This document shows, piece after piece, positions 34,124 through 40,201 of a DNA stretch of 40,201 nucleotides. How positions within the stretch are numbered: position 1 is the stretch's first letter; every line of letters starts with the position of its first letter. Under the pieces are notes generated by a model. The model had not been told where the DNA came from. It worked only from the letters and a program-made list of their open reading frames with translations, and did not search any database. The position numbers and the translations under genes are program-made. The stretch spans positions 1 to 40,201 of the forward strand of contig CAZKLE010000001.1 in NCBI GenBank assembly GCA_964553415.1. Direction: 5' to 3'. Source of the stretch: an uncultured Myxococcales bacterium. Lineage in GTDB: Bacteria > Desulfobacterota > Binatia > UBA1149 > JAJCZL01.

Positions 34124-34717
34124 TTAGCCGGCGTCCCGTTTGCTCGGGCCGGCATCGGGTCCCGGTAGAACGCGCCGAGGCATTTCCTGGCCGCGCAGCT
34201 CGAGTGGCTCGGTGTTTTCGTCGATCAATGTGTCGCTCTGATCGCTGTAGGAAAAACAGGTGTTGCGCATCCCGGGTATAGACTCGAGAACCATCGCTCG
34301 CCGGCGCGGAGGATTGTCTTCGCGTTGACGGACCTCGGCGGGGAGGCCGGCGAAGAAGCGAACGAAATGCAGCTGATAGGCGGCTTGTGCGATCTCGACG
34401 ACGAGTTCGGAGACACGGTGGCAGCCGCCCACACCGCCGACTCTTTTTCGCGCTTCCTGGGTGAATCCGCGACCGACTCGCATGCCGATCAAGCGCTCCA
34501 TGTTCGGATGGGTCAAGTTACAGATCTTCGTGAACGGTCCGTTGCGCACCTGCGAACGTGCGGCGGTAATCTCCAAGCTCGGATGGAGAATCTCGACCTC
34601 CGCGTGGACGTCGTGGACCTCGTCTTGCAGGAAGGCCTCGATGAGGAATCGGTCGCCCTCGAGCGGGTAGATATTGGTGTGCTTGCTTCGGTGATAGATG
34701 GCAGCAACTTCGCGCAT
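34124..34717 (-). CDS. DUF2889 domain-containing protein
   Basis: The motif RVGGVGGCHRVSELVVEIAQAAYQ matches my recollection of the DUF2889 core (VGGxxGCTHLxEL). Confidence 0.6.
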   Translation of the reverse strand: MREVAAIYHRSKHTNIYPLEGDRFLIEAFLQDEVHDVHAEVEILHPSLEITAARSQVRNGPFTKICNLTHPNMERLIGMRVGRGFTQEARKRVGGVGGCHRVSELVVEIAQAAYQLHFVRFFAGLPAEVRQREDNPPRRRAMVLESIPGMRNTCFSYSDQSDTLIDENTEPLELRGQEMPRRVLPGPDAGPSKRDAG

Positions 34718-34761
34718 CTATCGAAACTAGCGGCTTCACCGAGCTGCCGCCAGCCGTCGCC

Positions 34762-36438
<1,677 letters not shown>

Positions 36439-36490
36439 TCAAAGACAATCGGCGGTTGACTCTTCGCGGTGCACGAAAAATGACTCGTTC

Positions 36491-37300
36491 ATGCGTATCG
36501 TCTCATGGAACGTCAACGGAATCCGAGCGGTCTTGAAAAAAGGCTTCCTGGCCTGGCTCGAAGCCGAAATCCCCGATGTCGTGTGCATTCAGGAAACCAA
36601 GGCGCACCCCGAGCAGGTCAGCGGCAAAGACCTCGAAGCCATGGAGGCCCTCGGATACCATCTGTCCTGGCACTCGGCTGAGCGCAAGGGCTACAGCGGC
36701 GTCGCGACGTTCTCGAAAACGAAGCCTTTGTTCACCAGTCGCGGCGTACCCTTCGAACGTGACGAAGGCCGCGTGCTGGTGACCGAGCACGGCGATTTCA
36801 CGCTTTACAATGTGTACTTTCCCAATGGTCGGCAACGCGAAGACGGCCCCGACCCCGAGCGTTTGAGTTTTAAGCTCGAGTTTTACCGCGCGCTTCTCGA
36901 TGTGGTCGACGAGGAACGGAGCGAAGGGAAAAACGTGGTGATCTGCGGCGATTGGAACACTGCGCATACCGAAGTCGATATCGCTCGGCCCGAGGCCAAC
37001 CGCTCGGTAACGGGGTTTCTCCCCGAAGAATGCGAGGCTCTACAAGCCTATGTCGACCAGGGGTTTGTCGACACCTTCCGGCACTTCAAGCCGGCATCCG
37101 CCTACGACGGGCTGCCGCCCGAACAGCGCGACTACACCTGGTGGAGCTACCGAGCCGGCGCACGCGACAGAAACGTCGGATGGCGCATCGACTATCACTT
37201 CGTAAACTCGGAGTTCTTATCCGCCGTGAAGTCATCGACCATCTCCCAACAGGTGATGGGATCGGACCATTGTCCGCTCACGCTCGAGCTTGATCGCTAG
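36491..37300 (+). CDS. xth: Exodeoxyribonuclease III
   Basis: The protein starts MRIVSWNVNGIRAV. It contains CIQETK and the C-terminal GSDHCPL. Confidence 0.9.
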   Translation: MRIVSWNVNGIRAVLKKGFLAWLEAEIPDVVCIQETKAHPEQVSGKDLEAMEALGYHLSWHSAERKGYSGVATFSKTKPLFTSRGVPFERDEGRVLVTEHGDFTLYNVYFPNGRQREDGPDPERLSFKLEFYRALLDVVDEERSEGKNVVICGDWNTAHTEVDIARPEANRSVTGFLPEECEALQAYVDQGFVDTFRHFKPASAYDGLPPEQRDYTWWSYRAGARDRNVGWRIDYHFVNSEFLSAVKSSTISQQVMGSDHCPLTLELDR

Positions 37301-37628
37301 GTTTCGCGTCGGGTCGGTAGGGGCGATGTCCGTTTGAGGATCGTAGCGCACGCACGCGCCGGGGCTTGATCACCGGCGGTCCGGGGTTGTAGGTGGTCGG
37401 CGTCGCGAAGACCCGTGCGATCAGAGCCCAGAGACCGGCGACAATCGATACGCTCATGCACACCGTCAGCAGCAGCCACATTCCGAACGGGATTACCGCC
37501 GACAGACGGACCAGAAGAACGACGCCGAAGATTCCGCTCAGCGCTACGATGAGTCCCACGGCTACGGCGCGGCCGGCGTCTTCCGCGCCGCGGCTCGAGC
37601 CTCGTCGTGATTGTCTTGACATCGCCAT
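37278..37628 (-). CDS. Hypothetical small membrane protein (2 TM helices)
   Basis: ATG 37628 follows AGGAA. The protein reads MAMSRQSRRGSSRG, then two hydrophobic helices. It overlaps the convergent xth gene by 23 nt. Confidence 0.45.
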   Translation of the reverse strand: MAMSRQSRRGSSRGAEDAGRAVAVGLIVALSGIFGVVLLVRLSAVIPFGMWLLLTVCMSVSIVAGLWALIARVFATPTTYNPGPPVIKPRRVRALRSSNGHRPYRPDAKPSDQARA

Positions 37629-37747
37629 GAAAGTTTCCTGAAGTGTGCCCTCAAGAGCCCGCGCCGCTGCCCCGGTAAGCGCGCACCGCCCGATGCGTGG
37701 GCCATTGTAAATGTCGGCCCGGGGACGAGTAAAGAGAGAAATCGACT

Positions 37748-37769
37748 CCACCCCCTTGCATGGGGGTGG
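37748..37769 (-). terminator. Intrinsic terminator candidate for pckG: CCACCCCC-N6-GGGGGTGG then a T-rich tail on the minus strand
   Basis: A perfect 8-bp stem. On the minus strand it is followed by AGTCGATTTCTCTCTTTAC. Confidence 0.5.
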
Positions 37770-37792
37770 GGGCAGTGGGGCTCAGCGTCGCG

Positions 37793-37857
37793 GTCAGGCG
37801 GCAGGTTGCGTTTGGCGCCGCCGTTTCCGGCGCGCCAAACGGAGTCTGCTGCCTGAC
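37793..37857. repeat. Long imperfect palindrome (about 28 pairing positions) starting 8 nt past the pckG stop
   Basis: GTCAGGCGGCAGG...CTGCTGCCTGAC has an inner GTTTGGCGC/GCGCCAAAC and GCCG-TTTC-CGGC. Three of the pairs are G:T in the plus sense. Confidence 0.6.
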
Positions 37858-37864
37858 ACGCAGC

Positions 37865-39649
37865 TTACCGCTCCCTTAACGCCGACTTCGCTTCCGAGTC
37901 CAGCCCCAGACGATGGACCACCGCCCGGTGCTGCTCCCACATCGTCGCCGGCAGGCGATCGCCGAATTTCTCGAAGAACTCGTGGAGGTTCTCGAGGTCG
38001 GTACGCCAGGCTTCCGGGTCGACGCTGAGAAGTTCCGCGATGGTTGCCTCGTCGATGCCCTCGAGACCCTCCGTGTCGAGAGCGCCGGGCGCCGGCACAT
38101 ACCCGATCGGCGTCTCTACGGCCTCGGCTTTGCCTTCGCACCGGTCCTTGATCCAGTGCAACACGCGTAGATTGTCACCGAAGCCCGGCCAGATGAATTT
38201 GCCGTTCTCGTCGGTGCGGAACCAGTTGACGTGGAAGATCTTCGGTACGCGGTCGGATCGTTTTCCGATCGACAGCCAGTGGGCGAAGTAATCGGCCATG
38301 TTGTAACCGCAGAACGGGATGATGGCGAAAGGATCGCGGCGAATCACGCCGAGTTCTTGTCCCTGCACCGCGGCGGTTACTTCCGATGCCACCGAAGCGC
38401 CTACGAACACCCCGTGTTCCCAGTCGAAGGACTGATAGACCAACGGAGCGGTCTTGGCACGGCGGCCGCCGAAGATAAACGCCGAGATCGGCACCCCTTT
38501 CGGGTTCTCCCACTCGGGAGAAATCGCCGGGCACTGGCCCGCGGGCGCCGTAAATCGCGAGTTCGGATGCGCGGCTTTTTCTTTGCTGTCGGGAGTCCAG
38601 TCCTTGCCCAGCCAATCGATGGCGTGCGCGGGCGGATCGCCCAGCATGCCCTCCCACCACGGACATCCGTCGTCGGTCAGGGCTACGTTGGTGAAGATCG
38701 AGTTCGAATGAGCCGAGGCCATGGCGTTGGGGTTGGTCTTTTCACTCGTACCGGGCGCTACGCCGAAAAAGCCGGCTTCGGGGTTGATCGCGTAGAGGCG
38801 GCCGTCTTCACCGAACTTCATCCAGGCGATGTCGTCGCCGACGGTCCAAATCTTCCATCCGGGTTGCGAGGCGGGCGGCACGAGCATGGCCAGGTTGGAT
38901 TTTCCACAGGCCGACGGGAAGGCGGCGGCGATGTAGCTGATGTTGCCCTGCGGATCCTCGAGACCCAAGATCAGCATGTGCTCGGCCAACCAGCCTTCTG
39001 CGCGCGCCATGGTCGAGGCGATACGCAGAGCGAAGCACTTCTTGCCGAGCAGTGCGTTGCCGCCGTAGCCCGAACCGATCGACCAGATCTCTCGATCCTG
39101 GGGAAAATGCAGAATGTAACGGCGATCGGGAGAGAGGTCACCGAGCGAGTGCAGGCCCTTGACGAAGTGCGGGCTGTCGCCGAGTTGCTCGAGCGCGATG
39201 TCTCCCATGCGCGTCATGATGCGCATGTTGATGACGACGTAGGGGGAGTCGGTGATTTCGATGCCGACCTTCGAGATGCCCGAGCCGGCCGGCCCCATGA
39301 TGTAGGGTACGACGTACATCGTGCGGCCTTTCATGGCGCCTTTGAACAAAGGGCCTACCTTGGCCCTGGCCGCATCGGGGGACATCCAGTTGTTGGTCGG
39401 CCCGGCCTCCTCTTCTTTTTCGCAGCAGATGAAGGTTACCTTCTCGACCCTGGCTACATCCTGGGGATCGCTACGGTAAAGGAAACAGTTGGGGTAGTGT
39501 TCCTCGTTGAGCTTGGTTAATTCGCCGGCGGCGAGCATCTCGCCGACCAAGCGGTTGTTTTCTTCCTCGGACCCGTCACACCACACGACCTCGTCCGGAG
39601 TGGTGAGTTGCGCGACCTCGTCGACCCATTTCTGCAACGTCTGATTCAT
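37865..39649 (-). CDS. pckG: Phosphoenolpyruvate carboxykinase (GTP)
   Basis: The start is [12 protein letters not shown]. It has the kinase-1a motif FPSACGKSN and is 594 aa long. The upstream part of the listed ORF is an antisense extension over bolA. Confidence 0.9.
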   Translation of the reverse strand: MNQTLQKWVDEVAQLTTPDEVVWCDGSEEENNRLVGEMLAAGELTKLNEEHYPNCFLYRSDPQDVARVEKVTFICCEKEEEAGPTNNWMSPDAARAKVGPLFKGAMKGRTMYVVPYIMGPAGSGISKVGIEITDSPYVVINMRIMTRMGDIALEQLGDSPHFVKGLHSLGDLSPDRRYILHFPQDREIWSIGSGYGGNALLGKKCFALRIASTMARAEGWLAEHMLILGLEDPQGNISYIAAAFPSACGKSNLAMLVPPASQPGWKIWTVGDDIAWMKFGEDGRLYAINPEAGFFGVAPGTSEKTNPNAMASAHSNSIFTNVALTDDGCPWWEGMLGDPPAHAIDWLGKDWTPDSKEKAAHPNSRFTAPAGQCPAISPEWENPKGVPISAFIFGGRRAKTAPLVYQSFDWEHGVFVGASVASEVTAAVQGQELGVIRRDPFAIIPFCGYNMADYFAHWLSIGKRSDRVPKIFHVNWFRTDENGKFIWPGFGDNLRVLHWIKDRCEGKAEAVETPIGYVPAPGALDTEGLEGIDEATIAELLSVDPEAWRTDLENLHEFFEKFGDRLPATMWEQHRAVVHRLGLDSEAKSALRER

Positions 39650-39811
39650 AATCTTCCAACAAATACACGTTCTTGGCTCGATAGCCAGCGCACTGCGTCG
39701 CGAATCCCCAAGCGCTCCTCGCGTCGCCTTCTCGACATTCCCCTGCTTGGGGGGGGGATGCCGGGGCGCGGTTGAGTCCGCAACGCGACCGGGTGAACCT
39801 GACAAAAGAGG

Positions 39812-40075
39812 ATGACCGAGCAAGAGATTCACAAGCGCATTGCCGCGGCCATGCCCGAGGCCGAGATCCGGGCTGTGGACCTGCAGGGGGGTGACCATTT
39901 CGAAGTCACCGTCGTGTCGGGCAGTTTCGAGGGCCGTTCGATGGTTGAGCAGCACCGTATGGTGTACGCCGCCCTCGGGGACGCCATGCGCGCCGACATC
40001 CATGCCCTGATGATCAACACCCTGACCCCGGCCCAAGCCGATGCGGCTATGTCCGGGGGAGAGGAAGGAAACTGA
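39812..40075 (+). CDS. BolA-family protein
   Basis: ATG 39812 follows AAAGAGG. The 87-aa product reads [30 protein letters not shown]...IHAL. Confidence 0.8.
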   Translation: MTEQEIHKRIAAAMPEAEIRAVDLQGGDHFEVTVVSGSFEGRSMVEQHRMVYAALGDAMRADIHALMINTLTPAQADAAMSGGEEGN

Positions 40076-40094
40076 GCGCTAGGAGTTGACCGAT

Positions 40095-40201
40095 ATGCCG
40101 GAAGACATTTTTCAGAAGATCAAGAATCAGGTCGAGGCCGATCCCATCGTCCTTTACATGAAAGGGACTCCCGCGATGCCCGAGTGTGGCTTTTCGGCTA
40201 C
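40095..40201 (+). CDS. grxD: Monothiol (Grx4-type) glutaredoxin, 3'-partial
   Basis: ATG 40095 follows AGGAG. The protein reads PIVLYMKGTPAMPECGFS (CGFS active site). It runs off the window end. Confidence 0.8.
   Translation, partial: MPEDIFQKIKNQVEADPIVLYMKGTPAMPECGFSA

Noticed and set aside
38231-39520. 429-aa plus-strand ORF inside pckG
   Set aside because: Antisense shadow of a gene with unambiguous GTP-PEPCK motifs.
39749-39757. G9 homopolymer in the pckG/bolA divergent region as a phase-variation switch
   Set aside because: It is intergenic and not positioned between recognisable -35 and -10 hexamers. A single tract in a GC-rich genome is not evidence of phase variation.

Overview
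High-GC bacterial chromosomal segment, densely coding on both strands. I call 37 protein-coding genes. I recognised no rRNA, tRNA, CRISPR array, transposase, integrase or prophage genes. All family assignments come from motifs read by eye, not from alignments. The right-hand third is mostly housekeeping: gor, apaG, a molybdopterin oxidoreductase, patatin-like lipase, ABC-F ATPase, DUF2889, thiC, xth, GTP-type pckG and a bolA-family/monothiol glutaredoxin pair. The left and middle parts look more accessory. (1) At the left edge sit two tandem, translationally coupled paralogs, the first cut by the window. Each combines an ExbD/TolR-like N-terminal anchor, a coiled coil and a VWA domain. (2) Next comes a radical-SAM/SPASM, GT-C (GT87-like) glycosyltransferase and APH/P-loop kinase cluster. 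(3) Two secreted redox proteins, a c-type cytochrome and a PQQ-type sugar dehydrogenase, share the same Cys-framed dockerin-like N-terminal module plus a poly-Thr linker. (4) A copper module has an outer-membrane beta-barrel gene translationally coupled to copC-copD, preceded by a Cys/His-rich small secreted ORF. (5) Also present are an orphan Flp pilin, a stand-alone Cas4-like PD-(D/E)XK nuclease and a MocR-type regulator preceded by a striking AT-rich perfect 22-bp inverted repeat. The best candidate for something undescribed is the ExbD-like-anchor/VWA pair, whose presumed channel partner would lie upstream of the window. The second is the shared dockerin-like tag on two potentially cooperating periplasmic or extracellular redox enzymes. 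Lineage cannot be determined from this window; the Cys-rich repeat and dockerin-like modules suggest Myxococcota or deltaproteobacteria-like organisms.
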